NCBI RefSeq assembly: GCF_022539665.2
Contig: NC_081332.1
Location: 4,402,001 to 4,466,000, forward strand
DNA length: 64,000 nucleotides
Reading direction: 5' to 3'
Origin: Daphnia carinata
Taxonomy: Eukaryota
Shown: in pieces, positions 14,771 through 29,343 of the stretch
Numbering within the stretch: position 1 is the first letter of the stretch
How the letters are laid out: each line of letters begins with the position of its first letter
Program-made: the position numbers and the translations under genes
The notes under the pieces: generated by a model
Database searches by the model: none
The model's input: only the letters and a program-made list of their open reading frames with translations
Told to the model about the DNA's origin: nothing

Positions 14771-16198
14771 GCGGTGAATCGATCCACGTCTGTCTGTGAA
14801 TATGAAATTATTTTCAGCCCACTCCGAGCATTCCGACTACAAAGAAGGGGGCCACAACATATACAAAAAAACAAGGTTCTATTTCTAACGGCTAAAAAGA
14901 TCACACGCTCCACTTTTTTGTTTCAGTATTCTCTTTTTTACACTCGTCTTATCGACTGACAGATCGAGTTGGAATAAAATGGTAAATACACGTTGCGATT
15001 ACAGCGCCAGAGAAGGCAACTAGCGGCAGACGATCGAAACACGACGGAAACATCCACACACCAAGACTCCAAGGGTAAATCAATAGTAGATTCAGCATTC
15101 TAGCCCAGTACAGAGGTTTTGTTCCCCAGTTTAGTCATATCTTTCATCCATTTCATGACAGGGACTCTTACGTTCTCGTTATAGGGGGAAGTCAATGGAT
15201 TTGTGGGTAAAAGAGCCTTGTCCTAGTTCGACAAGAGGATCGATGGAGCGTTCCTCCCAGTCGACCAGAAAAACGAATATACGAGGAAGACGTTACGAAG
15301 CATGCATGAATGAACGATTGGGATGATTGAATTTTTTTTTTTTCTTTCTTTTAGCATCCAGTTATACATGTAGGTGAAAATTATTCTATTCGTGTCGTAC
15401 GAAAGTTGAGGACCCAGTAAAACTCTTCTCTCGTGAAAGGAACAAAAGTTATATCTGGCAAATCTCGATTCGTCACCATTTATGGGTAACACGGACATGG
15501 TCCGACATGACATCACGCTCATATCTCTTTGGATTCCCGTCAACCACAACTTCTTGTCGACTCCCATTTTTTTTATTCATATTTCGCTTCTGGCTCGCCC
15601 TCCGCTTTCCCAAACGAAGAAGAGGCAAGCAAGCAACTCAAGTGACAGCTACGGTGGAGGCTCAGTTACTCATCCGCCTAATGTAATGTGCACAGACAAA
15701 AAAAAACTGGGTAAATCAAAACATGTAACATATAAATCACGCGCACACACAGAGAGAACGCGAACTGCTAATCCGGCAGTAACGCAATCCAGTCAAAACG
15801 ACTATGCTGTGGGGTTAATGTTACTCTCTTCGCTCTAACAATAAAGGGAAAGGGAGGAGGGAAAAGATTTCCGACGACGTACTCGAAACGCACACTCAAC
15901 ACGGATGAAAAAGGAGGAGGGGGGATGAGAGTACAAGCGCTTGAATAAACCAAACAGAATTTGATCTTCATGATGCAGAAACTTAACAGACCGAGCTACT
16001 TTCCATTTGCAGGATTCATCTCGCACCGCTCAGCAGATGCAACATCGACCTAGTGTATAAGATGAGACTAACAAAGATCTTTCTTCTTCTTTTCTTCTTA
16101 TGAACGAGCAGTAAATGATGGGTTAATTATGAGGGAGAAACAGATTGGAGATGAGTTTCATCTTCAACGAAATAAATCGGGCTTTTTTCTCGTCATTT

Positions 16199-17948
<1,750 letters not shown>

Positions 17949-18989
17949 CTATGAGGAGGAAAATAGCTATATAGTTATACATGTCAGACAACACAGCAGG
18001 TACACAAATAGATGATATATCTTTGATACAAGGGGATCTATCTTTGTCAATACAGAGTACATAAGAGGAACTAGACAACCCACTCTGAACACATCAGTTA
18101 TCTAAGGTTGCCATGCACGCACGGATCTTTTGATTATTGCACAGGATATCCCGACTAAACACCGGTGGCCTTTGGTATTCCAAGCAACGCCTCCCAATCG
18201 ACTCACGCATTACCCAATGGAACCACCGTTTTCAATTTCTTTTCTTACCTTGAATCAAGGCAATTTTTTGCCACAAAAAAAAAACAAAAGTGAATAGTAT
18301 ATTACCTCAAAGACGCGTCACCAGTCCGTTTTTCCTTGTCTCTGATTGAATATTAAATTTCGATTAATAGCAGACTTGTGCTGTCACTTCAGAGCGAAAT
18401 GACAGTAACAGTACTAACAAGAAAGACGATCCATATGACAGAAAACAGCTGAAGTACGCAAAGCGCTTAGAGCGCCACATTCGAACGTTTGGTGGCAGAG
18501 TACTACAGAGCGAGCGAATTTCAAATTCGCGCTTTATTTCTTCGTTGCCTTACATGTTTATGTAATCTAATTACTTGTCGAGCGATTAGGAATAAATTTA
18601 TGATTCAGTTCAATTTTAGTATATTTAAATTATTAATATAAGGTCGAATTACACTATAAACGAAGATTTTCTTTCCATAAGAAATTCAAAATTGTGTAGC
18701 TGTTGTTTTGTTAATATGAGCGTTGAGTATTTTCTGATCATGTAGTTGATATATATATATATACTTTGTTCAGTGATGGTCGTGAGAATTACTGTAATAG
18801 AGGTGCACCACCCAGAAAATACGTGATAAGAAATGACAAAGATTAACTTACTGTAAATCATCAACAAACTATAGACAGAAAAATACAATGAGTCAAATTA
18901 CAGTCAGATTTTGGGCAAATATAACACATATCAAGTTCTGGTTGTATGAGAGATAAGCGAGATGAACTAATTCTAGAACATTTTCCGTG

Positions 18990-21407
18990 CTAATTTCCAT
19001 TTGATTGGTTGCCGCCTTCCGCAGAGGATGCGCCGCGCATAGCATCGATCTTGGCGCAAATCTTCAACGCCGGTCCCAATTTCATGGACATGGCCGACAT
19101 CAAATGATCTGCTTTCAACAACATAAGAGCTTGGCCATCAATTTCCTGCATGGCGAAATCCTCAGCGTAGTCAGCGCAACCAGTTAGACTCCGCACGAAA
19201 TCAGCTACCTCGGTAACCTAATTCAATTGGCAAAAATGAATGTTTTGGTTTTTAAGTTTGCTATTGTACTAATAACTTACGCTCCATTTAGCAGGATTGG
19301 TTTTGCATTCCGGTTTCGGCTGTTGAGTTGGGGTTTGCGGAAGAGATGTTGTAGGGGAACGCGTTTGCTGTGCAGCTAGAGCCAACAACTCTGCGTCCAA
19401 ACTGCTATCTTCCTTATCTCCTGAAGGTGCAAAATTAGTTGTCGGGGTTGTGCAAGGAGGAACTGTTGCAGCCGATGGAGGAGCCAATTTGTTTATGTCA
19501 ATTGTTATTGAAGCAACTGGTGAATGTGTCGTTGATGTCGCTGTTGTCAGCAATCCACCACCACCGGCTGATTTTGCTCCCTGGCCGTTAGCAGTTGTCG
19601 TTGTCGAAACAGTTTCTTGTTGTTGCTGATATTGCGATTGTACGGTTACTACTGCCGGAGTAGCATTAATTGCAGGCCTATTATAAAAATTAATGAATAA
19701 GATAAATTCAAACAGCAAATGAGGCAAGTATGATGCAAGTACTTTTTCGCGCAAGCTGTGGAACAAAAGCGTTTTGAGCGGCGTGATTTGGCGACAAAAT
19801 CCATTTTTCCACATCCCTCGCATGTTGCCATTGTAGCTCCTTTAGGAGTTGACATTTGCTGGAGTTCGTTGGTTATAGTTGTGGCAGGTGGCTGAGGTGC
19901 CAATGGCGGAGACTGATGGTTCTCTGTGGGTTGTTCCACATGGAGTTTTTTCTCTGTAAACAGGATAACGACGTCAGATTAATTAATAATGTCGACATAA
20001 ACATCGGGAATCTATGTTCTTACTTGGAGGTTCTCCATCCAATTTGAAATTGTTTTCGTTATTTCGATGGCCATTGCAGCGTGTTAAAGATTCATTCGGA
20101 TGGAATCGACCGACAGGGAAAGGTTCCGATGACTCTTGGATTACAAAATCACCCAAAACATGCGTCAGTATTTGGGGCCGGACAACTGCTTGAGGCAAAT
20201 TGGGTTCCTTCTTCTCACGTAACGCTGGAGAATGATTCGTTATATGGTTTTCATTCTGTTGGCCGGTGCCATTCACTTGAGATGCTTCTTTTTTCGCCGG
20301 AACATCTTCCACAGATGAAGTTGGTGTAGGAGCGGAAGGAACGGGAATAGGCTCGGCTGGTGTCCGAGGAGATTGTTTCGGTTCTTCCACTTTTTCGGCC
20401 GTGCTGAGTAGAGGTGTCGATGGTTGGCGAGCGGGTGATGGAAGTGGAAATTGGGGTGCTGGAGATGCTGAAACGGTCACTGTAACTGGCTGTAAAGGAG
20501 GCATAGCCATTCGTGGTCCCTGAGTGGAAATGGTGATAGGAGACGATGATGGAGGTACTGCGTGAGTCATACTAGCCATAGCGGAAAGAGGTGCAGCTGG
20601 GCCAACGGTGATCAACCCACCTCCCAATGGGGCAGACATTCGGGATGCTGAAGTCACGGTTGGGTTGGTAATAAAACAAGTCGTAGACTGGCTGCTAGAC
20701 ATTGGCATATGAATATTTAATTGTCCTTGCTGATGTTGTGCAAGATCCCCATTCATCGTTTGGAAATTATTCATAGGCGTGGCGGATCGAATGTTATGCG
20801 TTCCTGTCATATTCATTGGATATACTGTAGATCCTACAGGAATAGTCAAGATTTGTGGATGTTGTTGATCCGTTTTCTCGTTCGAAGTCATATTGACTTG
20901 GTGGGGATGAGGTGCCATAGCTATTAAATTAGGAGGTTGGCCGGCATGATGCTGTTGTGGAGGCGCCGGGGCAATCGGTTTATAGCTGGAACGAACCGCA
21001 TGCGTAGTTGTTGTTGTGGTGGTAATCGGGCCGAAGGATGCAGATGAAATACACGGAGGTATCTGCATCAATCCTGGCTGTTGTTGGGATTGTTGCGGGA
21101 TCACCTGCTGGATCGTAGGTGCAACGTTTTGCATTGGCTGTTGGGTAGGCATTGGAGCAGGAGACATCATATTTTGTTGTTGTTGTTGCTGTTGCTGAGG
21201 GGCACTCTGCGTAGTGGTGGTTACGCTGTTAGAAGCAGCAGACGATGTGGCCGCCGAAGAAGCTACTGCCATGACTGGCCTGGAAATAAAAATGCGCATA
21301 TTAAATAAAAGTTTCAATTAATTTGAAGTATTGATTTTACTTGTTCATTTGGTACTGAAGTTGCAGCTGATGTTGCTGATGTTGCTGTTGTTGTTGCTGC
21401 TGCTGCT

Positions 21408-21459
<52 letters not shown>

Positions 21460-24400
21460 GTGCTGTTGCTGAGCTTGCTGCTGGTCGTTGATGGCTTGCT
21501 GAAATTGAGCATGCTGATTTGCATCCAGAGTTTGTTGGGTCACTTGTTGAAAAGCTGGAAGTGACATGAGGGTCGGTTGCTGGTGCTGTTGCTGATACTG
21601 CTGAATCTGGAAGGAATTTTGCATCTGGAACTGTTTGACGAAAGACTAAATTTGATGGAAACCCTCGGGAAAATTGATTAATTTATTACCTGTTGAGCAA
21701 TGAGTTGCTGAGAAACAGCATGCAGTTGTTGATGTTGTTGTTGCTGCTGCTGCTGCTGTTGTTGTTGCTGCTGTTGTTGAAGCTGAAGTTGCTGCTGTTG
21801 TTGTTGTTGCACCGGTTGTAGTAGAGTCTGCTGAGCTTGCACAACTGTAGGCGCTACTGGTCGCGGCTGATTTTGCGGAGGTCGTCCAACTTTCTTTGTC
21901 TTTCCCTGCAAAAACGAAAGTTGGTCATTACAGCCAAAAAAAATTATTCGAAAATAGTTACATACAGCAGGTCTAGGGTTTCCAGTTTGAGCACCAGTGG
22001 CCGTGCCTGTTGCAAAAGTCTGATTAGACATTGATGAGGCTGGACGAATCGGTGTCGGTGTCGTAGAAGTTCCAGACGAGGACGGTAATATCGTCGATAA
22101 CGGTCGTGTACCGCCTGCTTTTGATGGAGTCTCAGTTCTTGGTTTAATAGCTGGGGTAAGGGCAGAAACAGGTTGCGGTGGCGCTATTGATTTTGAACAG
22201 AAAAAAGCCATCAATATTTAGAGCTAAAGTATCATTATCAAAGCAATATACCTGCTTGCGCAGTGATTGTTGGCTGAGGTGCGGCTTGAAAAAACATTCC
22301 GTCAGGCTGGCCATGTTGTCTGATTATTATAGGACCTTGTTGGCCTCCAATACCTCCTGAAGTCGCGAACTGGTAAAAATTCGGAGGTAAAAATCCTAAA
22401 GATTGTCCCATTTGCGAGCCCTTTGATGTTAAAAGAAATTATGAAAATGAACGTAAGGAATATTAGTATAATGGCTTACCTGCATTTGACTTATGATCTG
22501 CATTGGTTGCATAGGTCCACCAATTTGCATAGGTGCAGAGTTGGCTTGTGAGGTAACAATTTGTGGCTGTGGTAGCATATTAGTTGCCTGGCTTACTGAA
22601 ACAGTTCCACCAGGCATATTATTTTTATTGACATTTCCAACTGTAGATGCCATGACTGGGGATTTTGGGGGCATGCCATTGACAACTTGAAAATATGGCT
22701 GTTGCTGTTGTTGCTGCTGTTGTTGATTCTGCTGATAATTTGTTTGGAAAAAAGTAAGAATAAAATTTTTCAATATTTTTGGCTTACATTTACACTTACT
22801 TTATTCATTTCATTTGGTTTTGTTTGTTGACCCTGCTGAGTGTAGTTGCCAGCTTGGGTGTTGGTGATCAACGGTCCAATAACCAAAGTTTGATTGTTTG
22901 ATGTTGGAATGCAACCATTATTTCTTGCATTGTTGAAAAACTGAAGTATTGCATTGTTATCTAAGTTCAATATATCATTTGAAAATGAATCTGGAATGCA
23001 AGCACAACTACGGTAGAGTTTATACCATTCTGGTGACTTTTTATCATATTGTTGCCAGTAATCTGAAGGTGTGGAGTTAACTGTCCAGGCTGAAATGGTT
23101 TCCCAGCAGCAATTACCTAAATAAAAAATTTATATGAAACTTTAAAGAAAATTGTCACTTAAACCGTATGTCTTGTATGCCCATGCACGATTCAAAACTA
23201 AAGCGAAAAACCAGACCATAAATGACAATTGTGGGAAACACACACCTGAATAGGTTGTCCGAAATTGGTTGACTGAATGAGAATAGACAAAAGAAATTTG
23301 TCAAAATCGGCACAACATAAACACTGTCTTCTTATTTAATTTTCATGGATATTATTATTTTTGAAGATTCAAAAAGTCCCGTCGGTTAACGTTAACTTTG
23401 AGAAACTGGTTTGAAATCATTTGTCGCCAGATGGCTCTACATTCTTTTTCTGTTTTGTTTTTGTTGCTCCCCAATACAAGTCTGGTTCTGTTCCAGTCTT
23501 ACCGCATTTCCCGCAACCCGTATCTACGTGATTCTTAAATCCATTTGTTCATGAAATAATTACCTGGATTGTCTGATTGACACCCGTCGGTTGCAAAGAA
23601 ATGTTCCCGGGCATAAGGAATTGCTGTCCCTGGGCATTGCTGTACAACTGTTGTAAATAGGGTAGCTGCTGCTGAATAACCTGAACCTGTATGTGAATTA
23701 TAGATGTTTTTTACGGCTTTCAAAGACGTCATTTCTATAGTGATTCAGACCTGAGGCATTGCTCCAGAGGACATAACCGGATGACCCATTGATTGTTGAA
23801 AGCCGGCAGCATTCATACTCGTCATCGTCATGCCGGCCATACCGTGGTTGGCCAGAGAAGGCATCATTGAGTTCATAGCCGACATATTGATCGTACTCAT
23901 CGCTGACGGATTCATGGTCATGGCAGCATTCATACCGCCATTCATCGGAGAAGGGTTCGCTCCTCCCCCGGGTTGCGTTTGCGGGCCACCAGGAGACGGA
24001 CCAGGTGTGTTCCCTCCCTGTTGTTGTTGCTGTTGAGGGCTGGCCATCAGCTGCTGCTGCTGTTGTTGTTGAGGACTAGCCATAATTTGTTGCTGGAACA
24101 CGAACTAGACAAAACATCAAAGTATTAATACCATGTTCGTGAATTAGGAATATATTTTCCCTATATAACCATTCATTTCTATTTTTATTATGAAATAACT
24201 TATTTCAGAAATATGAAGTTCCAATGCAAATTATAGCCCCCGGGTAACTAAGAATCCCATGTTTCAAGTCTCAGGAAATCCATGTTTGAACATGTGATTT
24301 TTTTTTCTCCCTTTTATCCCACTCTCTTGATCAAACATTTCAAACTACTACGAATCTACTGCACGGACGCAAGAGGGTTTCAAATGTGGATACAATGGAC

Positions 24401-24886
24401 AATGGCAAAGTTTAGTCCGGTGTCATGTGGATCCGTTCTCAGATTGGATTCAGTCGGAGAGAAAGAGAGTGAGCGCGCTATAGCGTAGCACAGGGCGTGC
24501 TGAGCGTACTCAATATAGCCGAGGCCCTCGCTACGTCTATACACAAAAGAGGGGTGCATAAATGTGCATCGAAGGGATGAAGGACTGAAGAAGGGAGGGG
24601 AAAAAAATTGGTTGGTAGGGGGCGCAATGTCTGTAGGCTTCGAGAAAGCCGAGTATAGAAAGAAAAGGCCGTTTTTGTGTGCATGTTATTTATGATATAG
24701 ACTATATACTTGAGCGGGGATTTGTGTTGGACCCATGGGCGATTGCATGGCCTCGACAACGGAAGATGGCGCGGACTGGGCGGAACTTTGATTCGATCCA
24801 GGACCGACAGGCACCACCGTCGGGGTTCCGCTGGGAACAGCCGTTGTCGACGAAGATTCCGACTCGTTCTTGGTCGATTCACTCAT
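18990..24886 (-). CDS. ph: Polyhomeotic-like Polycomb-group (PRC1) protein
   Basis: Multi-exon Q/P/S/T-rich protein. It has an HD1 motif (PQAVVRPQILTHVLGDFVIQESSEPFPV, about 20115-20200), an FCS zinc finger (CEGCGK...KRFCSTACAK, about 19745-19825) and a C-terminal SAM domain (WSV..VADFVRSLTGCADYAEDFAMQEIDGQALMLLKADHLMSAMSMKLGPALKI). First coding exon 24886-24710. Not every internal exon boundary was resolved. Confidence 0.93.
21362..21482 (-). repeat. CAG/CAA trinucleotide repeat encoding a poly-Q tract in polyhomeotic
   Basis: Mixed CAG/CAA run within the 21337-21624 ORF. A second tract lies at about 21725-21810. Confidence 0.9.
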
Positions 24887-26282
24887 TTTTATCCCTCCTT
24901 ACTTAATCAGTCATTCAAAGATTCCTGTGGAAAATTTAAAAAAAGGAAACCAAATTATTAGTGAGTTTCAGCAACACTATAGTCGGTCCGCGGTTGCCGA
25001 ACCCAATGTTCTAACGGTCGTGTGGGGTGGGGAAGCAGGCGAGTCGGGCAGTCGGGCTTCCCGCATATAGCCGCAAGGGCGAAAGACAGAGCAAAAGGGA
25101 GACGGATGATGAATACGTTGATGAAAAAGGCAAGATACTACACAGACACACACACAATACTCACACACATACACACGCACAAAACGCGAGGGGAGGGAAG
25201 GAGTTGGATGTAGGCCACCATTCGGGACAAGAAGGGACAAGAGACCCCCCCGACTGGAGGCCTTTTCGAATTCAGTCGGACCAATCACAAGCGAGAAGGG
25301 GTGGGAGCTATCTCTGCAGATGGCGCTAGTGTAGTGGCGCGACTGAAGGCACACACAAAAGAAAAAGCAGTAAAAGCAAAAAAACTTCGATCAATAGAGA
25401 GACGGGCCAATGACAGGCCAAGCGAGGGGCGGTCATTTTCCCCCCTTCATATCTTTCACTCCTGTCACACACATTCTACACCACGCTGCATTCTCTTCAG
25501 TCCACCACGCAGATTTTTATGAATGCTAATAAAAAACGGTTATTTTTCCCCCCCCCCCCGCTTTTTCGTGCGTATATTGCTTGGGATTGAAGTGCGAGAT
25601 CGGAACAGCTGCGACATTGGCCCTCCCTCGACCCGAAAAAAAATGAAAAAGTTATTCAGTGTGAAAACAACAACAAAAAATGATGGGAGATTAAAGATAA
25701 ATCCTCAGACTCGATGGTAAAAAAATTATAAAAAAAAACTCGATTATTAAACGAGAAAAAGAAGGGAAAAAATGGTGCCACAAAAAAATTTCTTTCCTTT
25801 TGTGTGCAACAAAAAGGAAAAAGAAGGGAAGATGAAAAGACGGAAGAAGAAGAAAGAAAGAGAAAAAAAGAAACCCTCTTGGGAGAAGCCGGAATAAGAA
25901 GGGAAAAGGAAAACATCCATGTCAAAAGAGCTCTAGCTCCCTCCTATTGGCTTGATTGCACTAACACACACACGCGCTGCCCCGTTTCCCTCGCTCAGCT
26001 ACACCACGCGCCAGCAAGAATCAGTGCTCGCATTGGGGATTATTTTTAACTAGATGGCACTGGAATTAATGACATTCGATTTCTTTTCAACTAAATACAC
26101 CGTGGTGGCCTATCGCTATTCCATCCATGTGGAAGCATAACATTAAAATGAAACATAACACCTCTCTAGACAGTGGTGCCTGATAGCAGTGGGGATCACT
26201 TAAAGAGCAGATAACACTCTGGTGTTTGTTTTTGACTGCCAAACTGCTGAGGGCGAAATGTTTCGATTTCAAAATAAATTAC

Positions 26283-26575
26283 CTTGGTTACTGTGTGTAT
26301 CCAGATGATGATAATCCGAATCGTATTGTTTTATAACTTGTGGAATAATTTCGTAGAAATAATAGTTTCAACGGTTCAGTAAATGTTAGCACTAAATCCC
26401 GGTTGCAATTTTGGCTTGATTCAGAGTATTTGTGTGAAGTCTCTGCGTAGCAGCGGTGGCGTTTGGTAACGTTTCTATTTTCAAGCCAAAGCAACGGCTA
26501 CACACTGGGAGAGTCACTCAATGTCGTTAACACGCACAAGCAAACACACACAACTTGGATTCGACTGTAGCTGGG
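26283..26575 (-). other. Possible distal non-coding first exon of polyhomeotic
   Basis: AAG|GTAATT donor at 26283, an Inr-like CAGTC near 26563-26567, CCAAT boxes near 26691 and 26722, and an acceptor TTTTCCACAG near 24925 just upstream of the ATG. Confidence 0.35.
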
Positions 26576-29343
26576 GGGCTGTGCTCCCTGGCTGTGCGGG
26601 GCCAAATGACTGTCTGACGGCCTTCGACGGACGCGACGGCGCTAGTGTCGTTGCGCGCAGGAAAAAAGCTCGATTCTCCAAAAACTGAAAGCCAATGGCA
26701 GGGCGCTCTTGGTGTACTCTGATTGGCGGACACACTGCTCAACTACCCGCCCATGGGAAAATGGGGAACAGTGAACGATTAAGAACTTCAGGGCGGGACT
26801 TGCTGTATAGAAGAGCCAAATGTGATAAAACTTTTTTTTTTCTCTCTCTCTCTCTCTTATCCTTTTTTGTTTTTCTGTTGCCCGTTCGTGCCTGTCTGCC
26901 ATCGGGCTGTGCCTTCCTCTTTCTTCGAATGAAAAATGGGTTTTAAGGGCCGCGGTTTTAACACTGCCGCTGTCTGAAATGGAAAAAGAGGGGCCGGACT
27001 TTACATCAAAAGCATCTTATGGCTTCCTATGACCAAGAAGAGCCTGAGACAAAAGAACCCCTGTGGCTTTTCTCAAACAATAGTTTTACTTATCCCAACA
27101 CATATTGAGAAAGTTTCTTTTTGTAGCGACCCTGGATCTTCGAATCGTCGTTGATCATGAATGAAATCTACGAAGCCATATTCATGTAAAAGAAAACGAA
27201 ATTCGATACGTTGATCCTTAAGGATGTATAATATACTCGAATTCGACTGTCGAAGTAACTTAACACTTTTTGAACTGATGTGGCGTCATAAGGCTAGACG
27301 GTACAGTGTTCAAATTGATGTGGGGTGCAGGGGTGAGAAAAGAGGATGGTATTGAATGGATATGAAAAAAAAGAATCCAATAAGTCCGAGTTTTGGAGTG
27401 GCTCTGCTATTAAATGTGGGAGGGAGGAACCCCAATGTCTCCCTTTCTCTCGCTTGTCCCCCCATATTTCAATGGTTGGAAACCAATTATTTACCAACGG
27501 CCAATCGTAGGGCGACAGATGGGGCTGGTACCCGTTGCTTAGCAACCTTCGAGCAATTTTTTCGACTTTGCCGACTTTTCGATTTTTCTCGCTGAGCAGC
27601 TTTTTCTTTCTCTTATTTTTTCAAAAATCATCCCAACGACTGTTTTAAAAACGCCAAGAAACATAACGTTGGGTCGGATGCGCTATAAAACAACGGCTGT
27701 ACGTGATAACCAAATCATTGAGAATTTCGCATAATTTTGAAGTTCCTATCATTACACACCATCTAACGGCAAAAAAAGAAAACGCTTTTCTTTGTGCATA
27801 TTTTGAATCCCAAAGAAAATGGAGAAAAAGATGGGCAACGATAAACCACAACATTCGTGACACGTTTGCTTGAAACAACATTACTGTCATTCTAGGGAAA
27901 TTAGGAGATCTCTATCTAAAGAGCAAAGATCGTTAAAAAAAAAAAAAACTTCAAAAAATACTGAAGGCAGAAGAATTTTAAAAAAGTAAACGAAAATTTC
28001 ATAATTAAATACATCCGAAGTCCCTATCTCACGAATTTTAACACATTTTAGTAACTGATCAGTTTACTGTACGAAATCGTTAGCAAATCACGATTACAAA
28101 TTAGTTAATAAAAAATTACTCTTTGATTCAAGAAGCGAGCAATTGGTATTAGGACGCGCGGACAGATGGCGTTTAGCGAAAATGGCGCCTGAATTTCTTT
28201 GTTTGGATATGCAAAGACATTTGAACTACTCGCGCATCATGGGCCATAATTAAAAAAAATAAGAATTGGTTTCGTTAAAAAGAAACGAATTATAAAACTG
28301 CGGCTTGCGTACTTGGATGTTCGAATTTGGAAGAAAAGGGGCTTTCCCTTTTTCCCACAACGGAAAAACCCAATCAGAATTGCAAAATGGAAAATAATAA
28401 ATAAACTTAGGTCTACTTTGAAAGTTTCCATTTAACTGCCAACAATTCCGCTTACATAACAAAAAGTATATATCATATACTAAAGCACCAAGAGTAAAAA
28501 GAAATACATTAGTAGATAAAGACATAAGCGGAATAATTGGTCGCGAAACCCAAAAACAGGGTGTAATGGGAATCCCCATTAAATCCTTTGACTACCCATT
28601 GTAAACGCAATGAAAGTCTCTGGTAATACAGATCCAGCCTATTTGAAGTTCTCGCTATTACTTTAAACACCTTCACGCCACGCGCAAGTAATTTTCCAAA
28701 ACAGCTGGTATCGTCGGAAAAAAAAATGTCAATTCAGTCGATGATCAATTGAATACTTCGAGATGCTTTTGAATTGAAATTAATCCCTTTGTTATTGTAA
28801 AATAAAAAAAATAAGGTGCTACTATGGACTGCTTTTCCATACCAACCCGATAAATAAAACACATTGCTACACACCAATGCGCTTCTTAATTATTCGTTCC
28901 CGCCTTTGAAAATGGCGGTAGACACTTGGCCTCCCAAAAATCGATTCATTGTAGAGCAGTATCGATCGTCAAGCTTCCTGTTGTCAAATACCCTCAAGGG
29001 CTATTAAACACAGCTAGCCCCGCCCAGTAAGGCATCCTATTGGTCCTTTTATTAAAAGGAAAGAAAAAAAATACGAAACGTGGTTTGTTCCAGCCGTGTT
29101 TTATTAATGAGCCCGAGTTGCCCCTTTTGCGTCTGGACGAATGAATAACTTAGAATAAATCGTGTCAGGAATGAAATTCTATCTGGTGCGTGACATTGAC
29201 TATGAAACGTAGTAACAACATTCCATCACGTATTTCCTTTTCAACATGAAATTTGCTTCCCGTAAAAAATCTGCATTAAATGGACATACGATGGCATATA
29301 CTGTTTACTGAATTTCCTTGCATCGATCAGTTCTACACCAAAA

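Noticed and set aside
23503..23523. Possible 21-nt ph microexon (IRVAGNA) with AG/GTAAG borders
   Set aside because: The upstream intron would be only 40 nt, shorter than any other intron modelled here. Not supportable without reads.
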